Below, in pieces: positions 29,001-41,530 of a stretch of 60,500 nt of DNA; positions within the stretch are counted from its first letter, which is position 1; every line of letters begins with the position of its first letter. The stretch covers positions 1 through 60,500 of the forward strand of contig JANNXQ010000103.1 of assembly GCA_031409655.1 (NCBI GenBank), written 5' to 3'. The translations under genes and the position numbers were made by a program. The notes beneath the pieces were generated by a model. The model was not told the origin of the DNA, did no database searches, and saw only the letters and a program-made list of their open reading frames with translations. This stretch comes from Chthoniobacteraceae bacterium (GTDB lineage Bacteria; Verrucomicrobiota; Verrucomicrobiia; Chthoniobacterales; Chthoniobacteraceae).

Positions 29001-30946
29001 TTCAGCTCACCGGGGCAGATCTCGATGTTGTGGTAAAATTTGGATTCGAAGGGAAGGAGATCGACGTTCGTAAGCTGCGGATCAGTTTTCCGTCAGCCGA
29101 GGTGCCGGTTCCTACGGATCACACTTGGGACGATCCAGGTGGGTTTGCGCTGGACCGAACGCCGGATGGCAAGAATCCCAATGAAGTTCCCACAGCCCTA
29201 TTGGCATCTGATCGAAAGGATGGTAACGGCGCATTGCTCGTGAACGAGGAAGGGGTGAAGACTTTTGGGGGGCGTTTGCTTTCCCCACCAAGGGAGCAAA
29301 GTACTAACACGAATGCCGTCCTTGATAACTCAAACATCCAGGGCCGGACCTCTGGCGGTGTGTTCAGCGCGACTTCGGATAACCAGGCCGATAACAAGCC
29401 ACCGGGGTTCAACCATACGAACCGCTGGCGTCAGCTTTTCCAACCTGGGGATGTGATTAAGAGCATTGTTTTCGGTGCCAATGGCGACGACCCGCGGATT
29501 GCGGCGATCAACGATGATGCGAGCAAGGATAATTACGCACCGCACCCTGACTACGATAAGTCGGATAAACGGCATGCTCAGATCTTGAGGACGGCCGCGG
29601 GGCCACCGGCGATCGCCACGAATACCACGAAGTATTTCACGAACACGACGTTTGGGAAAATTGGCTCAAACCTGGCCGGAAATTATGCGGCCAATAATGG
29701 AGCGGACCTTCCGAGCACTATCAATGGCGTCAAAATTGGGTTTGGCGCACCTGTCAAGGGCAGCACCGGCAAGCCGGGCGACTTTGACACCGGTCTGGGA
29801 AACCTTCCTGACGGGGCTTATACAGGTAAGTCGGATGAAGGAAACCCGGTGTTTCGGATCAGGGTGAACTACAGAGATGCTAACGATAAGCCGCAGTGGT
29901 ATTGGCGGTACCCACACCCCTATTTCGATTGGGCCTATGAGGAGACGTTCGATACGTTCTTCACGCCAAATCGGCAGACTCCTTCCGCGGTGGTCTTCGG
30001 TTCACTCCCGATTGGCAGGAACGGGCACTGGACGACGTTGTGTTTCTCTCCGGTATCGGCGGCCGAGACGTCCGATCCGAGTGGCCGGTATCTGCACCCA
30101 GGCCGGGAGAAAGGTTTTGCCCGTGATCATTTGCTGCTCGACCTGTTTAATATGCCGATCGTCGAACCTTACGCGATCAGTGAGCCATTCTCGACCGCCG
30201 GGAAGGTGAACCTTAACTTTGCGATGATGCCTTTCGGTCATATCGAGCGGAGCACCGCCTTGCGGGCTGCCTTCCACTCGGTCCGGGTGTCCGCTTTCCC
30301 GAAAGAAGATGTCGGCATTTACAAGAGTGCGAATCCTGCGGCCCAAGGCGGTGGAGGTCGAGATACGAATTATCGGTCGCCGGTGGACCGCGACATGACG
30401 ATCCGCGCTTTCAAGGACATCTTCGACCTGTTTAAGACCGATCAGAATTTGGGGATTTTCAAATCGGCATCCGAGATTTGTGATCGCGCGCTCTATCCGA
30501 AACAAGTGCAAGGAAACGTCATTCGTGGCGCGGCTGGCATCAAGTACACGGCTCCGTCCTTCAATAAAGATCCAGACTTCTACCTCAAGACCACCTTCTG
30601 GGGGAGTAACTCTCTGACCGGTGATAACATGCGGGAGAAGCCGTACAGTGATCTTTATCCCCGGGTCACCACGAAATCGAACACCTACACGGTGCATGTC
30701 CGCGCCCAGGCCCTCCGGCAGACTGTGCAGTCCGCCGCAGCGGGAGTGTGGGACGAAAAGAAGGATCGTTTGATTGGCGAATACCGGGGTTCGTCCACCG
30801 TGGAGCGTTATATCGATCCTGAAGATGCACGGTTTGATCCTCGGAGCACGGGGATCGCGGACGTCGATCGAATCGATGTCGATAGTGAACCTGTGGAGAA
30901 GGCGTATCGGTTCCGGGTGATTAATACGAAACGGTTTGTGCCGTAA
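26093..30946 (+). CDS. Verru_Chthon cassette protein A
   Basis: RG/VALVIVL, AWASQPGM, MPVKWLYVLRDG, GRMAFWTDDDTCKVNINTA, EYQRYPGHPA, RAPELNLFGRPR, EPFSTAGKVN, TTKSNTYTVH. Confidence 0.9.
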   Translation: MKANPSLQKRGVALVIVLVFVVLLSVFILSFFTNSQNELTAAQSFSGEISAQQLAETATSVVMGQIREATTREYVAWASQPGMLRTYGDTTKTGKEVISDKADAFFKLYSSDDMIIGRSEMSAFQKIYSTTGEIPFEGVGGTKPNEGWDSLPALYTDLNSPIIVAEPPAKGATEDDKYRVKFPIIDGHDLQTITLPDIPAVPRTEKGKTVLTYDATSERGASVPDKKPDIEGFGVDPAYVPKYKGGRLSSDNNPVPMPVKWLYVLRDGSMTAPTGSEPDPATKLGTRAKWDESAIVRPTKENPIVGRMAFWTDDDTCKVNINTAGGFNTKDMDAGQYSESTYAGSYWDQPRTYTRFDFGEGNDDGKNGEDGSIVMGGLSITQPVAKEYQRYPGHPATTSLNLVFKNLLNSEQMYSLLPRLTKGGSKNGTTRFYSDKSQIELAEGEDEDEVTTPLSPKRERLFASVDEFLFKRRETEQSEYRETNDGYLKRKEKFTMSEGITPELIERLRFFLTAHSRAPELNLFGRPRVTIWPSYPDAARLNASDRLLNFCSIIGPKTQADGTAVAPADIKLFEFQRSDPYSATFDFDGTNKSNPKYGDYPKKNGKTRNQVMYEYLQEMTKESVPGFGGGSFLAKYKSVDRDQILTSIFDYMRCVNMRDSTRDKQIADERGFGTTPKAPKKAVDYQEIEKYKFAPLGIVVPIKINSPSDTKGFGRFPIFSEAALVLYHTGYRNKNLSANTPFLSLSALNNRLNSDSRFKGKAPPNPNDPNDKDWDGKEGVTHNFISAFLIFESFNPMMGYAPTRTPSNFSADRVRTIVEVTGLDKFAITGIASPASGLSTVLDPGVGRGFGGLRFPKTATNIFAHSSGGSYHGRNLGGSEGWLSMLRGSWFWQATPVAGTPPAKLAPNKWGTTPPDQTGKTFPHWYEFQAQPHGICVEAPPTPELAPSVNAGKQQEYYDYLKEPASWQKLQLTGADLDVVVKFGFEGKEIDVRKLRISFPSAEVPVPTDHTWDDPGGFALDRTPDGKNPNEVPTALLASDRKDGNGALLVNEEGVKTFGGRLLSPPREQSTNTNAVLDNSNIQGRTSGGVFSATSDNQADNKPPGFNHTNRWRQLFQPGDVIKSIVFGANGDDPRIAAINDDASKDNYAPHPDYDKSDKRHAQILRTAAGPPAIATNTTKYFTNTTFGKIGSNLAGNYAANNGADLPSTINGVKIGFGAPVKGSTGKPGDFDTGLGNLPDGAYTGKSDEGNPVFRIRVNYRDANDKPQWYWRYPHPYFDWAYEETFDTFFTPNRQTPSAVVFGSLPIGRNGHWTTLCFSPVSAAETSDPSGRYLHPGREKGFARDHLLLDLFNMPIVEPYAISEPFSTAGKVNLNFAMMPFGHIERSTALRAAFHSVRVSAFPKEDVGIYKSANPAAQGGGGRDTNYRSPVDRDMTIRAFKDIFDLFKTDQNLGIFKSASEICDRALYPKQVQGNVIRGAAGIKYTAPSFNKDPDFYLKTTFWGSNSLTGDNMREKPYSDLYPRVTTKSNTYTVHVRAQALRQTVQSAAAGVWDEKKDRLIGEYRGSSTVERYIDPEDARFDPRSTGIADVDRIDVDSEPVEKAYRFRVINTKRFVP

Positions 30947-31059
30947 GTTGGAGGCTCAACCGGAACATCCGACGGCCGCTCGATGGCCGACGGATCCTGC
31001 CGTGCTGCAGCCTCGCGATGGTTCACCCTTCGTCCGGAGCGACGGCGCCTGCGGCGGGC

Positions 31060-31091
31060 CAAACTCCAAACTCCAAACGCTAAACGCCAAA
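31060..31091. repeat. Heptamer tandem repeat (CAAACTC/TAAACGC family)
   Basis: caaactccaaactccaaacgctaaacgccaaa. Confidence 0.7.
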
Positions 31092-31309
31092 GGAGGCGGC
31101 CTCACTTCCCAAGACTCGATGCGGGGCTGTGGAACCAGTCGCTTTCCTTGGAGATTCTTCTGCTGCCAGCACTCAAATTCCTTCGTCAGAATCAAGGAAC
31201 CTTTGACCGAACGTCGAGCGGGCCTCGGGTCGGGTGGGTATGCGGCCCGCGGGTTTGGGCATCTTGCCTGAATCCTCCGGCGCGCCCCCAGTGAACAACG
31301 CTTTCAGGC

Positions 31310-31810
31310 TTACGGCTTGTGGCCGTTGTCGCCGTCGGGTTTGGCTTCTTCCTTGGCGGGAAGGGCGTGGGTGGCAGTGGTCGTGCCGCCGCCGAAGAGG
31401 CGGGCGAAGATTCGCTTGGGCTGGGCCTTGCCGCTTTCCTCTTCGCTGAGTTCGTGGTGGGCGTCGGACTTGGCGGTTTCCCAGGCCGGGGCAAAGCCAG
31501 GGGCGGCGATGAGCATGCGCTTTTCGGCGCGGGCGAAAATCTCGAGGTCGCGCTGGAGTTTGCGGTCGGAGGTGTCGTTCAGGGAGTTCACTTTCACGCG
31601 GAGGTTTTCGTTCTCTTTCCGCAGGGTTTCTTGTTCGCCTTTGATCCGCTGCATGGTCTCGGCCTCGATTTGCAGTTTGTCGCTGAGGTAGTTTTTGTAG
31701 CGGCGGAATTCGCCCTTGAGCCGCACGTATTGATAGAGCGCGAGGATGAGAAAGATGCAGCCGAAGTAGAATCCAAGGGCAAAGGGCTGGAGCAGGAGAT
31801 CGGTTTTCAC
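31310..31810 (-). CDS. Hypothetical membrane-anchored coiled-coil protein
   Basis: N-terminal TM; EQETLRKENENLRVKVNSL; APGFAPAWE. Confidence 0.8.
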   Translation of the reverse strand: MKTDLLLQPFALGFYFGCIFLILALYQYVRLKGEFRRYKNYLSDKLQIEAETMQRIKGEQETLRKENENLRVKVNSLNDTSDRKLQRDLEIFARAEKRMLIAAPGFAPAWETAKSDAHHELSEEESGKAQPKRIFARLFGGGTTTATHALPAKEEAKPDGDNGHKP

Positions 31811-31939
31811 GTGAGGAGATGCTTAAAAGTGCGGACGATCCGGCGAAGGCGAGCCGATTTCATACCGGATGAGGTCTTTCTTCATGAGCCACAGACACTG
31901 CGGAACTTTGGAGGAAAAGCAAGGCCGCGCGGGCGATCG

Positions 31940-33109
31940 TCAGCCGGGCTGGTAGGTGCGCCCTTTCCAGCGGACGCCGCCCCCGGCACTGCGTCGCCAG
32001 CTATTGAGCCCGATGGCCAGCGCGAGGGCGTGGCCGATGGGGTGCAGCAGGCTGCCAAGCCAGGAGGTCTGGAAGCGCACGGTGAGGACGATGCGGATGG
32101 TGTAAATGAGCGCGATCTCGGTAAGCACGAGTGGTCGGACGGCAGGCGGGCCAAGGAAGATCGCGGCGAAGGGCCAGAGGAAACACGCGAACTGCACGGC
32201 GCCGAGGACGAGGAAGGCCGGGAGATTGCGCTCGAAAGCGGGGCGCATGTTTTTGGTAAATCCCTCCCACACTTCTCCGAGGGAGCGATACATCCGGCAG
32301 GTCGTGAAGCGCAGGGATTCGCAATTGAAGAGGCGCAGGCCTTCGCCCATCCGCGCGGCGATGGCGCGACCGAGGGCGACATCTTCCACGAGATGACCGC
32401 GCAGGGCCTCGTGCCCGCCAATGCGGTCGTAGGCGTTGCGGGTGAAGAAGAGGAACTGGCCATTGGCCGCGCCGAGGGAGCGGCGGAGTCGGGCGGGCAG
32501 CCGTGCGGCGAGCCGGGGGTGCTCCTGCAGCCAGAGGACGAGCCAGTGCGGATAGCAGACCATGCCGAGGAGGAGGATCATCGGGATGATGAGTTGCTCG
32601 CCGAGGGTGACGGTGAGGAGGCGCGGCCAGGCGGAGACGAGATCCGCGCGCTTTTCCCGCGCATAAGCGACGGCCGCGCTGACCGTGCCGGGGGCGTGAA
32701 TGGTATCCGCATCGGTAAAGAAAAGGAACTCGCCGCGGGCCTGCCGGGCGAGCTGATGGCACGCCCAATTCTTCCCACCCCAACCGGTCGGCAGCGCTTC
32801 GCCGGACAGCAGGGTGCGATCGCTGCTCGCGGGGCTCAGCCCGAGGGCGCGGACGATCTCGCCGGTGCCGTCGTCGCTGTGATCGTCGAGGACGATGAGC
32901 TGGTATCGCGGATAATCCTGAGCGAGGAGCGAGCGGACGCAGGCGTCGATATTCAGCGCCTCATTGCGGGCCGGAACGAGGATGGAGACGAGCGGCGCGT
33001 CCGCCGGCGGCGGAGCGGGCCGGAGCCCATCGAAGCAGGCAAGATTAGCGAGCACCCCGAGGAGGGAGAGGACGAGGAGCGCGAGGATGACAAAGTGGAG
33101 GACGAGCAC
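31940..33109 (-). CDS. GT2 glycosyltransferase (carotenoid/hopanoid-type, CrtQ/HpnB-like)
   Basis: LVPARNE, LDDHSDDGT, GWGGKNWAC, FTDAD, ANGQF, VEDVAL. Confidence 0.88.
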   Translation of the reverse strand: MLVLHFVILALLVLSLLGVLANLACFDGLRPAPPPADAPLVSILVPARNEALNIDACVRSLLAQDYPRYQLIVLDDHSDDGTGEIVRALGLSPASSDRTLLSGEALPTGWGGKNWACHQLARQARGEFLFFTDADTIHAPGTVSAAVAYAREKRADLVSAWPRLLTVTLGEQLIIPMILLLGMVCYPHWLVLWLQEHPRLAARLPARLRRSLGAANGQFLFFTRNAYDRIGGHEALRGHLVEDVALGRAIAARMGEGLRLFNCESLRFTTCRMYRSLGEVWEGFTKNMRPAFERNLPAFLVLGAVQFACFLWPFAAIFLGPPAVRPLVLTEIALIYTIRIVLTVRFQTSWLGSLLHPIGHALALAIGLNSWRRSAGGGVRWKGRTYQPG

Positions 33110-33126
33110 GGCAGGAGCACCCTGCC

Positions 33127-33165
33127 GTTCGATGTTCGATGTTCAAAGTTCGATGTTCGACGTTC
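33127..33165. repeat. Heptamer tandem repeat (GATGTTC family)
   Basis: gttcgatgttcgatgttcaaagttcgatgttcgacgttc. Confidence 0.85.
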
Positions 33166-33245
33166 TCTCCGCACCGTGGCTGCGCTGGCACCCCGCGTTG
33201 CCAAGCCGCCGCACCACTCTTATAAGTCGCCCTCTCCGTATCTCC

Positions 33246-34361
33246 ATGTCTCTCACCGACCTCATCGCTTCGCCCACTCGCTCCCCGCTCATCCGGCGGC
33301 TCGCGGCGCTCCTGGAGCCGATCTCCGATGCCCGGCTCGGGGTGCTCGCGAGCGATTCGGCCGCCATCACCCGGCGCCATTTTGGCAAAGCGATCCGCCT
33401 CTTCGCCCCGCTCTATCTTTCCAATGAGTGCATCAACAACTGCGCCTACTGCGGCTTCTCGCGCGACAACGCCATCCTGCGCGTGACTCTGGACGTGGCC
33501 TCCGTGGTGAAAGAGGCGCGGCATCTCGCGAAGGAAGGCTTTCGCAATATCCTGCTCGTCGCGGGCGAACATCCGAAATTTGTCTCGAACGGTTACCTCG
33601 ATGCCTGTGTGCGCGCGCTCGCGGCGGAGGTGCCGAGTGTCGCGCTCGAGGTCGCGCCGATGGAGGCTCCGGAGTATGCGCGGCTCGTCGCGGCGGGAGC
33701 GGAGGGGCTCGTGGTCTATCAGGAAACGTATGATCGCGCGGCTTACGCGGAGCTGCACACCGCTGGGCCGAAAAAGGATTTCGACTGGCGGCTGGCTTGT
33801 CCTGAGCGCGCCTATGCGGGCGGCTTCCGGCGGATCGGCGTCGGCGCGCTCTTCGGCCTCACGGATTGGCGCACCGAGGCGCTCGCGCTCGCGGCCCATC
33901 TGGAATACCTGCTGCGCCACTGCTGGCGGGCGCAATTCACCGTGAGCCTGCCGCGACTGCGTCCGTGCGCCGGGGAATTCGAGCCGCAGCACTCGCTGCC
34001 CGATCGCGAATTCATCCAGCTCCTCTGCGCGCTGCGCATCTGCTTCCCGCAAGTGGGGCTCGTGCTCAGCACCCGGGAGCCGGCGGCGTTGCGCGATGCC
34101 ATCCTGCCGCTCGGCATCACCATGATGAGCGCCGGCAGCCACACCGAGCCCGGCGGTTACACGGGGCAGGGGAGGGAGCAATTGCACCACACCGTGCGCG
34201 GCCGCGAAGTCGCGCTCGATCCGCACACCGCGGCGGATGGCGCTACCGGCCAGTTCCAGATCGCCGACGAACGCTCTGCCGGCGAGATCGCCACCCTCCT
34301 CCGCACCCAGGGCTTCGAAGCCGTGTGGAAAGACTGGGACGCCGCCATCCTGGCCTCGTGA
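33246..34361 (+). CDS. thiH: 2-iminoacetate synthase (radical SAM)
   Basis: FAPLYLSNECINNCAYCGFS, VYQETY, LSTRE, MSAGS.TEPGGY, QFQIADER, WKDWD. Confidence 0.93.
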   Translation: MSLTDLIASPTRSPLIRRLAALLEPISDARLGVLASDSAAITRRHFGKAIRLFAPLYLSNECINNCAYCGFSRDNAILRVTLDVASVVKEARHLAKEGFRNILLVAGEHPKFVSNGYLDACVRALAAEVPSVALEVAPMEAPEYARLVAAGAEGLVVYQETYDRAAYAELHTAGPKKDFDWRLACPERAYAGGFRRIGVGALFGLTDWRTEALALAAHLEYLLRHCWRAQFTVSLPRLRPCAGEFEPQHSLPDREFIQLLCALRICFPQVGLVLSTREPAALRDAILPLGITMMSAGSHTEPGGYTGQGREQLHHTVRGREVALDPHTAADGATGQFQIADERSAGEIATLLRTQGFEAVWKDWDAAILAS

Positions 34362-34558
34362 AGCTTTTCCTCAATGGCGACGTGCGGGAGATCGCCGACG
34401 CCGCGGATGTGGCCACCTTGATCACTGTGCTCGGCCTGCCTGCTCCCGCGATGCTCGTCGAACACAATGGCGAAGCCCTGCGTCGCGAGGAATGGCCCAC
34501 GCGCCAGATCGCCGAGGGCGACAGGATCGAGATCGTCCGCATCGTCGCCGGCGGGTAG
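34358..34558 (+). CDS. thiS: Sulfur carrier protein
   Basis: 66 aa; LNG..VEHNG..GDRIEIVRIVAGG with C-terminal GG. Confidence 0.93.
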   Translation: MKLFLNGDVREIADAADVATLITVLGLPAPAMLVEHNGEALRREEWPTRQIAEGDRIEIVRIVAGG

Positions 34559-34721
34559 GGAACATCCGTTCGCTTTCCGTTTCAGCGTCGGCTTGTGTTG
34601 TCCGGCCTCGTGGCGAAGATGCCAGCCGCTTGGGCAAAACGTGCTCTCCGTGCTGTTCCTCGCGACACGTGACTTTCCCGGCCTTGCGGGTGGTCGCTCC
34701 TCCCTCACTTTTTCCACCACT

Positions 34722-37700
34722 TTGAACCTCGTCTCCTCGTCCCTCCGCCGACCGCTCACCGTGCTGGTGCTCGTGCTCGCCGTGTGCCTCGCGGGGTGGC
34801 TGGGCGTGCAGCGGATGGCGCGCGATATTTTTCCGCCGCTCGGCATCCCGACGATCTATGTGGCGCAGCCCTTTGGCGGCATGGACCCGGCGCAGGTCGA
34901 GGGCTACCTCACGTACTACTACGAGTATCACTTCCTCTACATCGCCGGCATCGAGCATGTGGAGTCGAAGAACATCCAGGGCGCTTCGATCATGAAGCTG
35001 CAATTCCATCCGGGCACGGACATGTCGGCGGCGATGTCGGAGACGGTGGCCTATGTGAATCGCTCGCGCGCCTTCATGCCGCCGGGCACGCCGGGGCCGT
35101 TCATCACGCGCTTCGATGCGGGCAGTGTGGCCGTGGGCTATCTCGTCTTCTCGACGGAGAATCCGGCGCGCACCGTGGGGCAGATGCAGGACGCGGCGCT
35201 GAATTCGGTGCGCCCGCTTTTCGCCACGCTGCCGGGGGTGTCGGCGCCGCCGCCCTTTGGTGGCAGCGCGCGTACTGTCGTCGTGAATGTGAAGCCGGAT
35301 CGGATGCGCGCGCTCAATTTGTCGCCGGACGAAATCGTCAAGGCTATCGCACAGTCGAATGTGATTAGCCCGAGCGGGAACATGCAGCTCGGCGATCAGT
35401 ATCCGATCGTGCCGGTGAATGCGGTGGTGAAGAACGTGAAGGAACTCGAGGGCGTCGCCCTGCGGCGCACGAAAGACGGCGCGGTCTTTGTGCGCGACGT
35501 GGCCACGGTCGATGACCAGAGCGACCTCGTGACGAGCTACGCTTTCGTGAATGGACGCCGCACCGTGTACATGCCGGTCACGAAACGCAGCGACGCCTCG
35601 ACGCTCGCGGTGGTCGATCTGGTGAAGGCGAACATCGCGAAATTTCAGGGCGCGGTGCCGGAGGATGTGAAGGTGACCTTTGAGTTCGACCAGACGCCGG
35701 TGGTGCAGCGCGCGATCGGCAATCTCGTCAAGGAAGGCGCGCTCGGTGCCGTCCTCACGGGCCTGATGGTGCTGCTCTTCCTGCGCGATTGGCGGAGCGC
35801 CTTCATTGTCGTGCTGAATATCCCGATCGCGCTGCTCGCCGCGGCCTTTGCCCTGTGGGTGAGTGGGCAGAGCATTCACCTGATGACGCTCGGCGGACTC
35901 GCGCTGGCCGTCGGCATCCTCGTGGATGAAGCCACCGTCGCGATCGAAAACATCCACGCGCATCTCGCCCGTGGCGTGCCCATCGCCCGCGCCGCGCTCG
36001 ACGCCACGGTCGAGACCGCCGGGCCGCGCTTGCTCGCAATGCTCTGCGTGCTCGCCGTCTTCACGCCCGCGCTCTTCATGACCGGCGCGGCCAAGGCGCT
36101 CTTCACTCCGCTCGCGCTGGCCGTCGGCTTTGCGATGGTGGCGTCGTATTTCCTCTCCAGCACGCTCGTGCCGATCCTCTGCGTGTGGCTGCTGCGCCAA
36201 GGAGTAGGGGCGCCCTCGCCCCCTGTCACAAACTCGGGGCGAGGGCGCCCCTTCTCCTTGTTTGTCGCCACCCGCTGGATTCTCGTCCCCGCGTATCTCG
36301 CGGCTGCGGTCTTCGTCCTGTTCGTCTTTGGCCGCCTGCTCGGCATCGAGATCTTCCCGCGCGCCGATGCGGGGCAGATGGCCTTCCGCGTAAAAGGTCC
36401 GACGGGCACGCGCGTCGAACTCACCGAACAACTCGCCTATCGCGCCCTCGACCTCGTGAAGCGCGAAGCCGGTGCGGACAAAATCGCGCTGACCATGGGC
36501 CTCGCCGGAGTCCATGCCGCGAATTATCCGGTGAACCTCATCCATCTCTGGAACGGCGGTCCCGAGGAAGCGTGGCTCGCGGTGCAATTCAAAAAAGGCG
36601 CGGGGGTGAAGATCGAAGCGCTCCAGGAAAAGCTGCGCGGTGTCTTCGCCAGGGAACTGACGGGAGCGACTGTCGCCTTCGAGCCGAGCGACATCGTCAG
36701 CCGCGTGATGAGCTTCGGTTCGCCCACGCCCATCGAAGTCGCGGTGAACGGTGCGGACCTCGCCGCGAGTCGCGCTTTCGCCGAGAAGATCTCCGCGAAG
36801 ATGAAAGAGCTGCCCGGCCTGCGCGACGTGCAGTTTGCCCAGACGCTCGACTACCCTGCGGTCAATGTGGACGTGAACCGCGAGCGCGCCGGCCTGCTCG
36901 GCGTGAATGTCACCGACGTCACGCGCGCCCTGGTCGCCGCGACGACCTCGAGCCGCTTCACCACGCCGCTCTACTGGAATGATCCGAAGACCGGCGTGAG
37001 CCTCAGCGTGCAGGTGCAAATCCCGCAGACCCTCACCAAGTCGCTCGAGGACTTGCGCAACGTGCCCGTCGAGGCCGGCGAAAAACCGGTGCTCCTACGC
37101 AACGTAGCGACCATCACGCAAGGCACCGCCGTCGGCCAATACGAGCGCTACAACATGGCGCGCGTGGTCAGCATCACCGCCAATTTGTATCGCGCCGACC
37201 TCGGCTCCATGGCGCAGAAGATCGAGAAGATCATCGCTGAAGTCGGCGCCCCACCGGCCAAGACCAGCGTCGCCATCCGCGGCCAGATCCTTCCACTCAC
37301 GGAGTTGCTGGACGGCTTTCGCAGCGGCCTCGTCATCGCCATCATCGTCGTCTTCCTTTTGCTCGCCGCGAATTTCCAATCCTTCCGCCTCGCGCTCGCC
37401 GTCATCTCCACGGTTCCCGCCGTGCTCGCCGGCGTCGTCCTCACGCTCTGGCTCACGCGCACGACATTGAATATCCAATCCGCCATCGGCGCGATCATGG
37501 CCGTGGGCGTTGCCGTCGCGAACGCCATCCTGCTCGTGACCTTCGCCGAGCGCGCCCGCCGCGGTGGGATGAGCCCGCGCGACGCCGCCATCGAAGGCGC
37601 CGCGAGCCGCCTGCGGCCGATCCTGATGACGAGCTGCGCGATGATCGCCGGGATGATCCCGATGGCCCTCGGTCTCGGTGAAGGCGGCCAGCAGATAGCG

Positions 37701-37865
37701 CCGCTCGGGCGCGCCGTGATCGGCGGCCTGGCCTTTGCCACGCTGGCGACGCTCTTCATCCTGCCGAGCGTCTTTGCTCTGCTCACCACGAAGAACGTGC
37801 AGTCTCCCTCGCTCGACCCCGATGACGCAGCGAGCACCCACTTTCAATCGGCAATGCTGGGAAGA

Positions 37866-37895
<30 letters not shown>
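34722..37895 (+). CDS. RND efflux transporter permease
   Basis: TLGGLALAVGILVDEATV, SRLRPILMTS, APLGRAVIGGL; probable TTG start at 34722. Confidence 0.92.
36198..36260. repeat. REP-like palindrome in frame inside the RND gene
   Basis: CAAGGAGTAGGGGCGCCCTCGCCCC..GGGGCGAGGGCGCCCCTTCTCCTTG. Confidence 0.8.
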
Positions 37896-38985
<1,090 letters not shown>

Positions 38986-38990
38986 GCAGG

Positions 38991-40419
<1,429 letters not shown>

Positions 40420-40493
40420 ATGGTGATCGGTGAATGGTGAAGGGTCAGGCAGCCGCGCTGTTCGCCCTCGATCCACTCATCACCCGTCACGAT

Positions 40494-41462
40494 TCACTTT
40501 TCCCCAACCTGCAGCGCTTTGAGCTGCATCTTCGCCATCTCGATCATGAAGCGCATCTGCACGGGATTGATCCCCCCTTTGGCCGGGTCGGCGGTGAAGG
40601 CGGTCAGCCACACTTGTTTCGCGGGGATGTAGTGGAGCTCATCACGGAGGCGGGTGGCGATCTCGTCCATGTGCGCGGCGCCGTAGAAGATGGCGATCGT
40701 CTCGCCGGGTTGGCGTTGTGCGAGTTGGGTGCGGAGGTCGGTGATGACGATGGCGTTTCGCTCGGTGAGCAGGACATCGAAGAGATCCTTCATGGCAGGC
40801 GATGCGGTGCGCGCGAGGCCGATGAGTTCGTCCGCACGGCCGAGCGCTTCAACGAGCACGGCTTTCGTCATTTCCTGCATCGCCGGGGTCTGGCCGAGCA
40901 CGGAGATGAGGTTTTTCATCATCGCGCCGAGGGCACCGGTGCCGTGCAGGGCATCCATCAAGGGGCCGAGCAGATCCTCGCTCTTCTCCTTGGCATCGTT
41001 CGGAGTCCGTCCCTTGACCTCGCTGGCGAGTTGCTCCGGTTGCACGTCGCTATTGAGAAAGTGCGGGCGGCGGTAATCAATCGCGTCGAGCTGGAAGGCG
41101 AGGCCAAGCGCCTTGGCCAATCCCGCCTGAACCCCAGCGTCACGCGTCGCTGCGCCCGGACCCTTCTTCAAGGCTTCGCCGAGTCCGACCCCTTCAAAGA
41201 GCACGACGCTGTGCCGATCGAGCTGCTGCTGGATCGCAGCGAAATATTCCGGCGTGCCGATGTGGGCGACACCGACCAGCCAGACCGCCGGACCCTCGCC
41301 TTTTGCGGGAAGATACTCCCCGCTCAGCGTCTCGCAGGCCGTCGTCTTATCCGCCCGCTCGGCGCTGCGGACGAAGCCGGTCTTTGCGGCCGGCACTGAC
41401 TCGGCGTGGAGTGTCTGGAAGGAAAGGACCGAGAGGGCGAACAGCGTGCGGAGCGTAATCAT
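40494..41462 (-). CDS. Secreted TraB/GumN-like protein
   Basis: LVGVAHIG, VLFEGV, LLTERN, IFYGAAHM. Confidence 0.7.
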   Translation of the reverse strand: MITLRTLFALSVLSFQTLHAESVPAAKTGFVRSAERADKTTACETLSGEYLPAKGEGPAVWLVGVAHIGTPEYFAAIQQQLDRHSVVLFEGVGLGEALKKGPGAATRDAGVQAGLAKALGLAFQLDAIDYRRPHFLNSDVQPEQLASEVKGRTPNDAKEKSEDLLGPLMDALHGTGALGAMMKNLISVLGQTPAMQEMTKAVLVEALGRADELIGLARTASPAMKDLFDVLLTERNAIVITDLRTQLAQRQPGETIAIFYGAAHMDEIATRLRDELHYIPAKQVWLTAFTADPAKGGINPVQMRFMIEMAKMQLKALQVGEK

Positions 41463-41530
41463 AGGCACCGCGTCTCTCGGCGGAAATGGCCCGGAGCGCA
41501 ACTCCGGGGACCAGGCGGGTCAACGGGGCG

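Noticed and set aside
33110..33245. TPP riboswitch upstream of thiH
   Set aside because: No CTGAGA or conserved TPP core visible; the region holds a heptamer repeat instead.
31319..37019. 702-aa (+) and 865-aa (-) ORFs
   Set aside because: Antisense to well-supported GT2/hypothetical and RND genes.
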